Source: the human T2T-CHM13v2.0 reference genome, Homo sapiens. Taken from it: a stretch of 64,000 bases of DNA. The translations under genes and the position numbers were made by a program. Location: NCBI RefSeq assembly GCF_009914755.1, contig NC_060932.1; one strand, given 5' to 3'. Below are positions 35,502 through 49,644 of the stretch, piece by piece; the stretch's first letter is position 1, and the number at the start of each line of letters is the position of its first letter. The notes under the pieces were generated by a model. It did not search any database, had not been told where the DNA came from, and was given only the letters and a program-made list of their open reading frames with translations.

Positions 35502-38500
35502 ATGATGGCACGTCGGGACCCCAAATCTTGGGCCAAGAGACTGGTGAGAGCCCAGACCCTCCAGAAGCAGCGGAGGGCCCCAGTTGGGCGAAGGGCTCCC
35601 CCGCCCGATGAAGAAGATCCCAGGGTAAGTGTAGCCCTGGATCTCTTGGGTATCGGGGTGGGGGTGGGGACGGGGGGAGGGGGTGTCCCACGGTCCTCAG
35701 AGACTGGGTTGGATTCCAAAGAGTTCTGTCACCACCAGCCAGGTTGCTTTTCCCATCCAAGGTGGGCGTGGCTTGGGACCTTCTCCCCGGCCCGATAGGT
35801 CCCTTGAGAGACTCTTGGGGGCAACCTCCCTTTCTACTTAGAGTCCTGTGTAGCCACGTTTGGCTGCGTTGTTGACATCGGCTTCACCATCGTGCCCCTT
35901 GGAACCTTGAGTCCTTCCTTTCAGAGTTCCTCCGTCACATGGGCTTTGCGAGGGAACATCGCATCCGAACTCTCCCAGCACTTAACGGCCCCCATGCCGG
36001 TGTCCCCTCTTTGGAATCCTTATTCAGCTCTGAATTCACAATCCGTCCCAATGTTGACGTGGGATCGCTGCCTGTGGCTTCAGCTCACTCACTGACATCA
36101 CTTCCTTTCCACCCGCAGCTCAAGTGCAAAAACTGCGGGGCCTTTGGCCACACGGCCAGAAGTACCAGGTGCCCCATGAAGTGCTGGAAGGCAGCCCTGG
36201 TTCCAGCGACCTTGGGGAAAAAGGAAGGGAAGGAAAACCTGAAACCATGGAAGCCCCGGGGTGAAGCCAACCCGGGGCCCTTGAACAAGGATAAGGGAGA
36301 GAAGGAAGAGAGACCAAGGTGAGCAGTGGGAGGGGTTTTCACCACTCTTAGGGTACGGCCTCCCAAGGACATGGTGTCTCTGCACCTGCACACCGTGTGC
36401 CTTTCCGTCTCCGGGCCAGGGAAGGAACGCTGCAGAGAAATAGGCCGGAGCTCCGTGTCCTCCGGGGTTCCACACCCAGGAGCTCCTTGGGCTCTGGGAG
36501 ATTCAGGGACGGGGAGAGGCGGGGGCGCTTCGTGCAGGTTCCCCACGACAGCGGGAAAAGCGATGGAATCCAAATCACAGTCCTTAGTTGGGAAGCCTAG
36601 AGGGCCACCTGGAGGATGGGAAGGTTGGCACGTGAGGGAAGGTGCAGAGGCGGAAAGGGCACCAGATGTCCATTTCTGTATCACAAAACACGGAATGGGG
36701 CTGGGCCCCAGACGGGGTTCTCCCTGTCTCCTGGGGAAAACCAGGGGGCACGGCCTGACCTTCTTCTGTTCTGCAGGCAACAAGACCCGCAGAGGAAGGC
36801 TCTCCTCCACATGTTTTCCGGGAAACCTCCAGAGAAGCCGCTGCCGAATGGAAAAGGATCCACGGAATCTTCTGATTATCTGAGGGCGAGTGTCACCCCG
36901 GGCCCCTGGTCTTTTTCTCCTCTAGGTCACCCTGGTTGATTTCCTTTCAGCTTCCCGTCTGCGGGAGGAAATCGGGGAACCCCTCTTTCTTGCCTTCTTG
37001 GGGTCAGGGACTCCACGATCCTTCCAGGTCAATTGGATTCCAGGCGAAGGCATCTGAACATGCCGTATTTCCTGTTGCTTTCTTTCTGTCCAATTATGGC
37101 AAGCCTGCCAACAACACGTTCCTAGCGGCATGAGGAAATTAGTCCCTCAGAGGCCCCAAACGTGGAGAAGGCGAAACCCAGGAACATGCATGTGTTCAGA
37201 GAAGACGTCCCGAGTACCCTTGAGCCAGCAACCTGCCTTGGGAAGGGCATTAGTCCGTTCCACTTCATGGAAGGCTGAGTGGAGGCGCTTTGATCCAGTT
37301 AATGCCCAAGACGCGATCTTTTGAACAATGGTGTGCTTAGATCAGCTACACATAGCTCGAGAGCGCATCTTTCATGTGTCTTGTCCTGATCAGCACTCAG
37401 GTGGAGGGTCTGTCCCTACTTCCAAGGACCGCCTGTCGATACTGTACTAAGAATTTCATGGCGTGTGCACCTTGTCTTTGGATGTGCTTGATTTTCACGT
37501 TGGCTCCATGCTGAGGAACTTCTAACCTGTGTTGTTTCCTCTCTTTCAGGTTGCAAGCGGGCCAATGCCGGTCCACACAACCAGTAAGAGGCCGCGCTTG
37601 GACCCTGTCCTCGCTGATCGCTCAGCTACCGCAATGTCTGGCAGGGGCTCCGTCTTGGCTTCACTGTCTCCCCTCAGAAAAGCCAGCCTGAGCTCCTCCT
37701 CAAGTCTTGGACCAAAGGAAAGACAGACAGGGGCTGCGGCCGACATGCCTCAGCCTGCAGTCAGGCACCAGGGCCGCGAGCCTCTCCTCGTGGTGAAGCC
37801 GACACACAGCCGCCCCGAGGGTGGCTGCCGAGAAGTTCCCCAGGCTGCCTCCAAAACCCACGGCCTGCTCCAGGCCGCCAGACCCCAGGCACAAGACAAA
37901 CGTCCTGCGGTGACCTCACAGCCCTGCCCGCCAGCCGCCACACACAGCTTGGGCCTAGGCTCCAATCTCAGCTTCGGGCCAGGAGCCAAGAGACCTGCCC
38001 AGGCTCCGATTCAGGCTTGCCTGAACTTCCCCAAGAAACCGAGACTGGGTCCCTTCCAGATCCCCGAAAGCGCCATCCAGGGAGGTGAGCTGGGGGCCCC
38101 GGAGAATCTCCAACCTCCGCCAGCCGCAACCGAACTTGGACCAAGTACGTCGCCCCAGATGGGCAGGAGGACACCGGCCCAGGTGCCCAGCGTCGACCGG
38201 CAGCCTCCGCACAGCAGACCTTGCCTGCCTACTGCCCAGGCCTGCACCATGTCCCATCACTCAGCGGCCAGCCATGATGGGGCCCAGCCTCTCAGAGTGC
38301 TCTTCCGGAGACTGGAAAACGGACGCTGGAGCTCCAGCCTCCTGGCGGCCCCCTCATTTCACTCTCCTGAGAAGCCGGGAGCCTTCCTCGCTCAGAGCCC
38401 TCATGTGTCAGAGAAGTCTGAGGCTCCCTGTGTTCGTGTCCCACCGAGCGTCCTCTATGAGGACCTTCAGGTTTCCTCCTCCTCAGAGGACAGCGATTCT

Positions 38501-38512
38501 GACCTGGAGTGA
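35502..38512 (+). CDS. FAM90A: FAM90A family protein, copy 5, 464 aa; exons 35502-35624, 36119-36318, 36777-36885, 37550-38512
   Basis: Intact; carries R30 and R367. Confidence 0.95.
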
Positions 38513-39126
38513 GACTGCAGGTGGCAGGGGCTCCTTGGCCTCCGGCTCCCGTGACTTGGAGGGGACTGTGGGACTGAGGAGCGCAGAGCAGAGAGCACAC
38601 TCTGTGCGGTGACTCCGAAGCTCCCCGGCTGTGGCGCTTCTGTGGATGTGGGAGCCCAGGCCAGGCAGGGAGCAGATGCAGGGACTCTGCCTCATTGAAT
38701 TCTGGTGAGGGACGTTGTAGTTGGCGTGGTTCTCCGGAAACGCGCCAGGAAAAGCTTCCGTGCCAGAGATTCGTTGCCTCAGAAACTGCGTGACGCGCAG
38801 GAGTCAGACTTCCGCTGGGACGTCAATAGGAAACTGGGGAATTACTGTGTATTTGCTCTCTAGATGACTGAATAAGGGAAAAGTTAGGGAACCCTGAGAG
38901 GTGCAGCCCTTCCGCTGTGCCCCGCCCTGAGAGCAGAGTTTCGGACGCTGGGAAGCGTGCTGTGCGAAGCGCTCTCGGGGTCTTTCCTCAGCCTCGAAAA
39001 CTGGGCTCTGGAATGCCTTTGTACATATGTGTGTTTCATTGGTTTTGAAGTGAATAAAATTCTCAAAAAGATGACATATTGTCTTTTGACTCTCATTCCG
39101 TGTTTGTGTGTAACTGATTTTCCAAG

Positions 39127-40159
39127 TGAAGGGGTGGCCTGCCCCTCCACACCTGTGGGTGTTTCTAGTCGGGTGGGATGAGAGACGGAGAAAAGAAATA
39201 AGACACAGAGACAAAGTATAGGGAGACAACAGTGGGTCCAGGGGACCGGCACTCAGCACACCTAGGACCTGCACTGGCACCGGCCTCTGAGTTCCCGCAG
39301 TTTTTATTGATTGTGATTTTCATTATTTCAGCACAAAGGAATGCAGTAGGGGAGCAGGGTGATAATAAGGGGAAGGTCAACAAAAACAACACAAAACAAA
39401 CACGTGAGCAAAAGAATCCATATCATTATTAAGTTCAAGGGAAGGTACTATGCCTGGACGTGCACGTAGGCCAGATTTATGTTTCTCTCCACACAAATAT
39501 CTCAGCGGAGTAAAGAATAACAAGGCAGCATTACTGCCAACATGTCTCGCCTCCCGCCACAGGGCAGCTTTTCTCCGAGCTCAGAGTTGAACAAATGTAC
39601 GATCGGGCTTTACACCGAGACATTCAGTTCCCAGGGGCAAGCAGGAGACAGTGGCCTTCCTCCATCTGAACTGCAAGAGGCGTTCCTCTTTGACTAATCC
39701 ACCTCAGCACAGACCCATTGCGGGTGTCAGGCTGGGGGACATTCAGGACTTTCCCATCCCACGAGGCCATATTTCAGACTGTCACATGGGGAGAAACCTT
39801 GGACAATACCCTGCTATCAAGGGCAGAGGTCCCTGTGGCTTTCCACGGTGCATTGCGCCCCTGGTTTATTGAGACTAGAGAATGGCAATGACTTCTACCA
39901 AGTATACTGCTCGTAAACATTTGGTTAACAAGGCGCGTCCTGCACAGCCCCAGATCCCTTAAACCTCGATTTTATACAACACAGGTTTTTGTGAGCTCCA
40001 AGTTGGGTCAAAGGAAGGGGCTGCGGCAAGGCAACAAATGAACAACATCTCAGCAAAGCAATTGTTTAAAGTACAGGTCTTTTTCAAAATGGAGTCTCTT
40101 ATGTCTTCCCCTTCTACATAGACACAGTGACAGTCTGATCTCTCTTTCTTTACCCTACA
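39127..40159 (-). mobile_element. LTR5A-like solo LTR, TSD TCCAAG
   Basis: Same termini and TSD. Confidence 0.92.
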
Positions 40160-41907
40160 TCCAAGGGCTTGAACATTTCTTGACTTGTTGGCAATCCAAA
40201 TCGTTACGTCTCCGAAACAGAGTTGACTGAGGGGACCGCAGGGCTGGGCAGGACCTTTGACTTCCTATACATCCACAGGAGCAAGAAAACCTCAGCCCCA
40301 CTCTACCAACACGCACCTAGTAAAATTCCGCCAACCGCATCTCACGCACGCTAACACGTGGGGAGCGTTGCTTGCACCACGAGTCCCCATTTGGCTCAAC
40401 CGCCGATGCCAAGTGTGTGGTTCCAGTTGCGACGGCCCCCCGTGAAGTGGCTTCCGGATGTGCGAAGGAACCAGGCAGAGTTTCACTGGCCAAATAGACC
40501 CCAGCAAAGCTGAAGTTAACTCCCACATTTGGGATGTACTTCAGAGGTAAAACATTCATCCCGTCTTCTTTCCGGATGTCTGACACCATGGTTCTCCCCC
40601 TAATCCTAAGAGTAGCTGAGGCAGAGACTCACTGAAAGATCTAGGCGGGGATATCCCATCATGCACAGGCTCTCTCCATTCTCTGACCTGGGAACAACTC
40701 TCAGCAGGATTCCACATCTAGGAGGCCTCGGAACTCAGCGGGATTTTCTGAGACACACCAACTGGCTGCTCCCTCTCCGCCGCTGTTGAGGGTCGTTATC
40801 TTGATTATCCAGATCACCTAGAAAGTATCCGTATCCAGAATGAATAAGATCAACTCTCTGCTCCTCTGACAGCAGAAGGAGCAGGACCGTAAGGAACCAA
40901 AGAGCGTGGAAGGAAACGATGTGACAGGAAAGCTCAGAGAACGGCCACAGGGGGTCGTCAGCAGGCCTTCCAACCTGAATCATGAATAATTAATGAAGCG
41001 CAAATCAAAGGGGACTCGAGTTTCAGCAGGAGCAATTCATCCAACGGGAGATCGCCGGAGGGCCAACAAGATTGAGTGACTGGGAGCCGGGTGCAGTGTC
41101 AAAGGGGACGCGACTGGTTCCAAAGCTCGAGAAGACCATGGGGTCACTTGGGCTACATGAGAAAACGCCCCAGTGTGCTGGTTCATCATTCCGACTCCTG
41201 CCTGTCTCTTCCCGTCCAAGGAACATGGACCCTAAGTCGTGCAGGTGCGGATGACCATGGGCAGAATTAGGGGCCGTGGCACAAAAGTTCACCGACACGG
41301 GAGTTCCACAGAAGGTGCGGTGGATCTTCGCAAATCCAGAGACATGGCAATGGGACCCAGGGAATTACAGCCTCACAGGCGTCCGGGAGACTTTTCAGGC
41401 ATAATGCCTGGAGTCGCAAGAGGAGCTGAAAAAGGAGCCAGGCACTGAAGGACAAAGCGTTGTTGACTTTCCTCATCTGTGTTTCCCAGTGCGGTCCAAT
41501 TCACGGTGGTTTCCAAGCGCCTCCTGGGGGAGAAAACACATGAGGGTGCGGTCAGGGTTCTCTGCTGACAGACTTACCTTGGGGAAGAAAGAGAAGCTCT
41601 GAAGATGGATCATGGCCGTGACTGCATGTCAAGGAGAGTCTCCTTGATGACACTGAGGCCTACGTCGAGATAGACAAAATGTGGTCCAATTAAAAGGTGT
41701 CTATTTTACCACATTTTTTAAAACAAAACAAAACAAAACAACAAAAAAGATGGAAAAGAAGACAGGGGTACAGGCATCAGTGTTACATGTCTGACGGGGA
41801 ACATCTATTGTTCAAAGCTTGCAGCTGTACAAGTAGGTTTTAGAATGTCTGTCAGCAGTGGACATGATCTTAGAGTGGGCTGTGCAGATAGACCTTTCCA
41901 GGTCATG

Positions 41908-41996
41908 TAATTGGATTAAGTTAATTGCAATTAAGGTACAGGTAACTGATTAGGTTAGGGTACGTTCCATGTCAGGTGACCAGAGGCAGTATGAAA
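41908..41996 (+). promoter_or_regulatory. Putative promoter, copy 6: DUX4-type motif at 41947; TATA variant TATGAAA
   Basis: TATGAAA at 41990-41996. Confidence 0.65.
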
Positions 41997-43149
41997 GGCA
42001 GCCTGGAAAGCGGAGGTCCCTCTCTGCCCCTTCCTCCGTCGTCCTGGATGCTGCATCGCTTCCAGCCGGGCTGCTGCAGCACCTGCCCATCTCAGCGCCA
42101 GCCTGGGAAAGAAAGTAGACGTGTAATTTCAGGTTGGTTTCGCTGAACAATTGTTTGTTTCACGCAATCCCTGAGGGGTTTTTGCGGGGGGTGTGGGGGA
42201 GGAAGAGACAAAGGAGGCCGAAAGAAACCGATCACACTGGGGCTTGCTGGTGGGGTAGGATGTGTTCTCGTTACTAGTAATTCTTGGAACAGAAAACGAG
42301 AAAACATATCCGTCTCCACGTGTGGGAGAAGACCAAGATGGGAATGGGAAAAGAAATGTACTGCAGCATGCTGAATTGGTGGGTAAATGGAAAAAGGACT
42401 TTGGAAAAAAGGGGGGTTTGCCCTTCAGCCGTGTAAGACGTCGATACGATACGGCACTTCTTCCCCGTTTGTTCAGATGAATTCGTGTGGTGTGCGTAAA
42501 ATACCAGGAAAATAAATAAAGAGGGGCTGGAGCTAAAGCCAAAAGATAGAACAGGAAAGATCCTCACCTGCTAGTGCGGTAGAGAGGAAGGTAACTTCTC
42601 TGTATGAATTTGTGCTTGGAAGTTGCCTAATGAAATGGCAAGAGTAGCGATTCAAGTTGTCACAGGAAGCATCCCTTATCCGTGACTTCAAGCAGACCTG
42701 CCAAAGGGTGGCACACGCCATGCCCTGTGTCTTCGATCATTCTGTCCGTCAAGGGAGATAGAATCACCGTGTCTTCTACCGGAGTGAATCGTGAGAGACC
42801 TAAGTCCAGTCTCCAGAATCAGTTGTTTGTTTGGGGTTGAAAGCTCAACCCCCCCATACCTAGGCCACGGGCCCTGTGGCAGGTGGGGTTTACTCTTGGA
42901 CTAGGTAGTCATGGCAGAGGAACACACAATATCCGAGGATGCGCACAGCACATTGTGTTCTACAGATTTGACCGACTGGTGGTGAGGTCTCCTCATGACC
43001 ACACAGGCAGGGAGTTAGCAGGTGGCTTCCTGTGGGTGTGTGAATATCCAACGTGCTTAACCATCGACATGTGTGTGTTTGTGTGTGTTTCAGGTGGCCC
43101 AACAGTCCACCCCTGAAAAAGGCGGTCATAAAACCCCCAGGAGACGAAG

Positions 43150-46100
43150 ATGATGGCACGTCGGGACCCCAAATCTTGGGCCAAGAGACTGGTGAGAGCC
43201 CAGACCCTCCAGAAGCAGCAGAGGGCCCCAGTTGGGCGAAGGGCTCCCCCGCCCGATGAAGAAGATCCCAGGGTAAGTGTAGCCCTGGATCTCTTGGGTA
43301 TCGGGGTGGGGGTGGGGACGGGGGGAGGGGGTGTCCCACGGTCCTCAGAGACTGGGTTGGATTCCAAAGAGTTCTGTCACCACCAGCCAGGTTGCTTTTC
43401 CCATCCAAGGTGGGCGTGGCTTGGGACCTTCTCCCCGGCCCGATAGGTCCCTTGAGAGACTCTTGGGGGCAACCTCCCTTTCTACTTAGAGTCCTGTGTA
43501 GCCACGTTTGGCTGCGTTGTTGACATCGGCTTCACCATCGTGCCCCTTGGAACCTTGAGTCCTTCCTTTCAGAGTTCCTCCGTCACATGGGCTTTGCGAG
43601 GGAACATCGCATCCGAACTCTCCCAGCACTTAACGGCCCCCATGCCGGTGTCCCCTCTTTGGAATCCTTATTCAGCTCTGAATTCACAATCCGTCCCAAT
43701 GTTGACGTGGGATCGCTGCCTGTGGCTTCAGCTCACTCACTGACATCACTTCCTTTCCACCCGCAGCTCAAGTGCAAAAACTGCGGGGCCTTTGGCCACA
43801 CGGCCAGAAGTACCAGGTGCCCCATGAAGTGCTGGAAGGCAGCCCTGGTTCCAGCGACCTTGGGGAAAAAGGAAGGGAAGGAAAACCTGAAACCATGGAA
43901 GCCCCGGGGTGAAGCCAACCCGGGGCCCTTGAACAAGGATAAGGGAGAGAAGGAAGAGAGACCAAGGTGAGCAGTGGGAGGGGTTTTCACCACTCTTAGG
44001 GTACGGCCTCCCAAGGACATGGTGTCTCTGCACCTGCACACCGTGTGCCTTTCCGTCTCCGGGCCAGGGAAGGAACGCTGCAGAGAAATAGGCCGGAGCT
44101 CCGTGTCCTCCGGGGTTCCACACCCAGGAGCTCCTTGGGCTCTGGGAGATTCAGGGACGGGGAGAGGCGGGGGCGCTTCGTGCAGGTTCCCCACGACAGC
44201 GGGAAAAGCGATGGAATCCAAATCACAGTCCTTAGTTGGGAAGCCTAGAGGGCCACCTGGAGGATGGGAAGGTTGGCACGTGAGGGAAGGTGCAGAGGCG
44301 GAAAGGGCACCAGATGTCCATTTCTGTATCACAAAACACGGAATGGGGCTGGGCCCCAGACGGGGTTCTCCCTGTCTCCTGGGGAAAACCAGGGGGCACG
44401 GCCTGACCTTCTTCTGTTCTGCAGGCAACAAGACCCGCAGAGGAAGGCTCTCCTCCACATGTTTTCCGGGAAACCTCCAGAGAAGCCGCTGCCGAATGGA
44501 AAAGGATCCACGGAATCTTCTGATTATCTGAGGGCGAGTGTCACCCCGGGCCCCTGGTCTTTTTCTCCTCTAGGTCACCCTGGTTGATTTCCTTTCAGCT
44601 TCCCGTCTGCGGGAGGAAATCGGGGAACCCCTCTTTCTTGCCTTCTTGGGGTCAGGGACTCCACGATCCTTCCAGGTCAATTGGATTCCAGGCGAAGGCA
44701 TCTGAACATGCCGTATTTCCTGTTGCTTTCTTTCTGTCCAATTATGGCAAGCCTGCCAACAACACGTTCCTAGCGGCATGAGGAAATTAGTCCCTCAGAG
44801 GCCCCAAACGTGGAGAAGGCGAAACCCAGGAACATGCATGTGTTCAGAGAAGACGTCCCGAGTACCCTTGAGCCAGCAACCTGCCTTGGGAAGGGCATTA
44901 GTCCGTTCCACTTCATGGAAGGCTGAGTGGAGGCGCTTTGATCCAGTTAATGCCCAAGACGCGATCTTTTGAACAATGGTGTGCTTAGATCAGCTACACA
45001 TAGCTCGAGAGCGCATCTTTCATGTGTCTTGTCCTGATCAGCACTCAGGTGGAGGGTCTGTCCCTACTTCCAAGGACCGCCTGTCGATACTGTACTAAGA
45101 ATTTCATGGCGTGTGCACCTTGTCTTTGGATGTGCTTGATTTTCACGTTGGCTCCATGCTGAGGAACTTCTAACCTGTGTTGTTTCCTCTCTTTCAGGTT
45201 GCAAGCGGGCCAATGCCGGTCCACACAACCAGTAAGAGGCCGCGCTTGGACCCTGTCCTCGCTGATCGCTCAGCTACCGCAATGTCTGGCAGGGGCTCCG
45301 TCTTGGCTTCACTGTCTCCCCTCAGAAAAGCCAGCCTGAGCTCCTCCTCAAGTCTTGGACCAAAGGAAAGACAGACAGGGGCTGCGGCCGACATGCCTCA
45401 GCCTGCAGTCAGGCACCAGGGCCGCGAGCCTCTCCTCGTGGTGAAGCCGACACACAGCCGCCCCGAGGGTGGCTGCCGAGAAGTTCCCCAGGCTGCCTCC
45501 AAAACCCACGGCCTGCTCCAGGCCGCCAGACCCCAGGCACAAGACAAACGTCCTGCGGTGACCTCACAGCCCTGCCCGCCAGCCGCCACACACAGCTTGG
45601 GCCTAGGCTCCAATCTCAGCTTCGGGCCAGGAGCCAAGAGACCTGCCCAGGCTCCGATTCAGGCTTGCCTGAACTTCCCCAAGAAACCGAGACTGGGTCC
45701 CTTCCAGATCCCCGAAAGCGCCATCCAGGGAGGTGAGCTGGGGGCCCCGGAGAATCTCCAACCTCCGCCAGCCGCAACCGAACTTGGACCAAGTACGTCG
45801 CCCCAGATGGGCAGGAGGACACCGGCCCAGGTGCCCAGCGTCGACCGGCAGCCTCCGCACAGCAGACCTTGCCTGCCTACTGCCCAGGCCTGCACCATGT
45901 CCCATCACTCAGCGGCCAGCCATGATGGGGCCCAGCCTCTCAGAGTGCTCTTCCGGAGACTGGAAAACGGACGCTGGAGCTCCAGCCTCCTGGCGGCCCC
46001 CTCATTTCACTCTCCTGAGAAGCCGGGAGCCTTCCTCGCTCAGAGCCCTCATGTGTCAGAGAAGTCTGAGGCTCCCTGTGTTCGTGTCCCACCGAGCGTC

Positions 46101-46160
46101 CTCTATGAGGACCTTCAGGTTTCCTCCTCCTCAGAGGACAGCGATTCTGACCTGGAGTGA
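43150..46160 (+). CDS. FAM90A: FAM90A family protein, copy 6, 464 aa; exons 43150-43272, 43767-43966, 44425-44533, 45198-46160
   Basis: Intact; carries Q24, R30 and R367. Confidence 0.95.
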
Positions 46161-46774
46161 GACTGCAGGTGGCAGGGGCTCCTTGGCCTCCGGCTCCCGT
46201 GACTTGGAGGGGACTGTGGGACTGAGGAGCGCAGAGCAGAGAGCACACTCTGTGCGGTGACTCCGAAGCTCCCCGGCTGTGGCGCTTCTGTGGATGTGGG
46301 AGCCCAGGCCAGGCAGGGAGCAGATGCAGGGACTCTGCCTCATTGAATTCTGGTGAGGGACGTTGTAGTTGGCGTGGTTCTCCGGAAACGCGCCAGGAAA
46401 AGCTTCCGTGCCAGAGATTCGTTGCCTCAGAAACTGCGTGACGCGCAGGAGTCAGACTTCCGCTGGGACGTCAATAGGAAACTGGGGAATTACTGTGTAT
46501 TTGCTCTCTAGATGACTGAATAAGGGAAAAGTTAGGGAACCCTGAGAGGTGCAGCCCTTCCGCTGTGCCCCGCCCTGAGAGCAGAGTTTCGGACGCTGGG
46601 AAGCGTGCTGTGCGAAGCGCTCTCGGGGTCTTTCCTCAGCCTCGAAAACTGGGCTCTGGAATGCCTTTGTACATATGTGTGTTTCATTGGTTTTGAAGTG
46701 AATAAAATTCTCAAAAAGATGACATATTGTCTTTTGACTCTCATTCCGTGTTTGTGTGTAACTGATTTTCCAAG

Positions 46775-47807
46775 TGAAGGGGTGGCCTGCCCCTCCACAC
46801 CTGTGGGTGTTTCTAGTCGGGTGGGATGAGAGACGGAGAAAAGAAATAAGACACAGAGACAAAGTATAGGGAGACAACAGTGGGTCCAGGGGACCGGCAC
46901 TCAGCACACCTAGGACCTGCACTGGCACCGGCCTCTGAGTTCCCGCAGTTTTTATTGATTGTGATTTTCATTATTTCAGCACAAAGGAATGCAGTAGGGG
47001 AGCAGGGTGATAATAAGGGGAAGGTCAACAAAAACAACACAAAACAAACACGTGAGCAAAAGAATCCATATCATTATTAAGTTCAAGGGAAGGTACTATG
47101 CCTGGACGTGCACGTAGGCCAGATTTATGTTTCTCTCCACACAAATATCTCAGCGGAGTAAAGAATAACAAGGCAGCATTACTGCCAACATGTCTCGCCT
47201 CCCGCCACAGGGCAGCTTTTCTCCGAGCTCAGAGTTGAACAAATGTACGATCGGGCTTTACACCGAGACATTCAGTTCCCAGGGGCAAGCAGGAGACAGT
47301 GGCCTTCCTCCATCTGAACTGCAAGAGGCGTTCCTCTTTGACTAATCCACCTCAGCACAGACCCATTGCGGGTGTCAGGCTGGGGGACATTCAGGACTTT
47401 CCCATCCCACGAGGCCATATTTCAGACTGTCACATGGGGAGAAACCTTGGACAATACCCTGCTATCAAGGGCAGAGGTCCCTGTGGCTTTCCACGGTGCA
47501 TTGCGCCCCTGGTTTATTGAGACTAGAGAATGGCAATGACTTCTACCAAGTATACTGCTCGTAAACATTTGGTTAACAAGGCGCGTCCTGCACAGCCCCA
47601 GATCCCTTAAACCTCGATTTTATACAACACAGGTTTTTGTGAGCTCCAAGTTGGGTCAAAGGAAGGGGCTGCGGCAAGGCAACAAATGAACAACATCTCA
47701 GCAAAGCAATTGTTTAAACTACAGGTCTTTTTCAAAATGGAGTCTCTTATGTCTTCCCCTTCTACATAGACACAGTGACAGTCTGATCTCTCTTTCTTTA
47801 CCCTACA
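46775..47807 (-). mobile_element. LTR5A-like solo LTR, TSD TCCAAG
   Basis: Same termini and TSD. Confidence 0.92.
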
Positions 47808-49555
47808 TCCAAGGGCTTGAACATTTCTTGACTTGTTGGCAATCCAAATCGTTACGTCTCCGAAACAGAGTTGACTGAGGGGACCGCAGGGCTGGGCAGG
47901 ACCTTTGACTTCCTATACATCCACAGGAGCAAGAAAACCTCAGCCCCACTCTACCAACACGCACCTAGTAAAATTCCGCCAACCGCATCTCACGCACGCT
48001 AACACGTGGGGAGCGTTGCTTGCACCACGAGTCCCCATTTGGCTCAACCGCCGATGCCAAGTGTGTGGTTCCAGTTGCGACGGCCCCCCGTGAAGTGGCT
48101 TCCGGATGTGCGAAGGAACCAGGCAGAGTTTCACTGGCCAAATAGACCCCAGCAAAGCTGAAGTTAACTCCCACATTTGGGATGTACTTCAGAGGTAAAA
48201 CATTCATCCCGTCTTCTTTCCGGATGTCTGACACCATGGTTCTCCCCCTGATCCTAAGAGTAGCTGAGGCAGAGACTCACTGAAAGATCTAGGCGGGGAT
48301 ATCCCATCATGCACAGGCTCTCTCCATTCTCTGACCTGGGAACAACTCTCAGCAGGATTCCACATCTAGGAGGCCTCGGAACTCAGCGGGATTTTCTGAG
48401 ACACACCAACTGGCTGCTCCCTCTCCGCCGCTGTTGAGGGTCGTTATCTTGATTATCCAGATCACCTAGAAAGTATCCGTATCCAGAATGAATAAGATCA
48501 ACTCTCTGCTCCTCTGACAGCAGAAGGAGCAGGACCGTAAGGAACCAAAGAGCGTGGAAGGAAACGATGTGACAGGAAAGCTCAGAGAACGGCCACAGGG
48601 GGTCGTCAGCAGGCCTTCCAACCTGAATCATGAATAATTAATGAAGCGCAAATCAAAGGGGACTCGAGTTTCAGCAGGAGCAATTCATCCAACGGGAGAT
48701 CGCCGGAGGGCCAACAAGATTGAGTGACTGGGAGCCGGGTGCAGTGTCAAAGGGGACGCGACTGGTTCCAAAGCTCGAGAAGACCATGGGGTCACTTGGG
48801 CTACATGAGAAAACGCCCCAGTGTGCTGGTTCATCATTCCGACTCCTGCCTGTCTCTTCCCGTCCAAGGAACATGGACCCTAAGTCGTGCAGGTGCGGAT
48901 GACCATGGGCAGAATTAGGGGCCGTGGCACAAAAGTTCACCGACACGGGAGTTCCACAGAAGGTGCGGTGGATCTTCGCAAATCCAGAGACATGGCAATG
49001 GGACCCAGGGAATTAGAGCCTCACAGGCGTCCGGGAGACTTTTCAGGCATAATGCCTGGAGTCGCAAGAGGAGCTGAAAAAGGAGCCAGGCACTGAAGGA
49101 CAAAGCGTTGTTGACTTTCCTCATCTGTGTTTCCCAGTGCGGTCCAATTCACGGTTGTTTCCAAGCGCCTCCTGGGGGAGAAAACACATGAGGGTGCGGT
49201 CAGGGTTCTCTGCTGACAGACTTACCTTGGGGAAGAAAGAGAAGCTCTGAAGATGGATCATGGCCGTGACTGCATGTCAAGGAGAGTCTCCTTGATGACA
49301 CTGAGGCCTACGTCGAGATAGACAAAATGTGGTCCAATTAAAAGGTGTCTATTTTACCACATTTTTTAAAACAAAACAAAACAAAACAACAAAAAAGATG
49401 GAAAAGAAGACAGGGGTACAGGCACCAGTGTTACATGTCTGACGGGGAACATCTATTGTTCAAAGCTTGCAGCTGTACAAGTAGGTTTTAGAATGTCTGT
49501 CAGCAGTGGACATGATCTTAGAGTGGGCTGTGCAGATAGACCTTTCCAGGTCATG

Positions 49556-49644
49556 TAATTGGATTAAGTTAATTGCAATTAAGGTACAGGTAACTGATTA
49601 GGTTAGGGTACGTTCCATGTCAGGTGACCAGAGGCAGTATGAAA
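49556..49644 (+). promoter_or_regulatory. Putative promoter, copy 7: DUX4-type motif at 49595; TATA variant TATGAAA
   Basis: TATGAAA at 49638-49644. Confidence 0.65.
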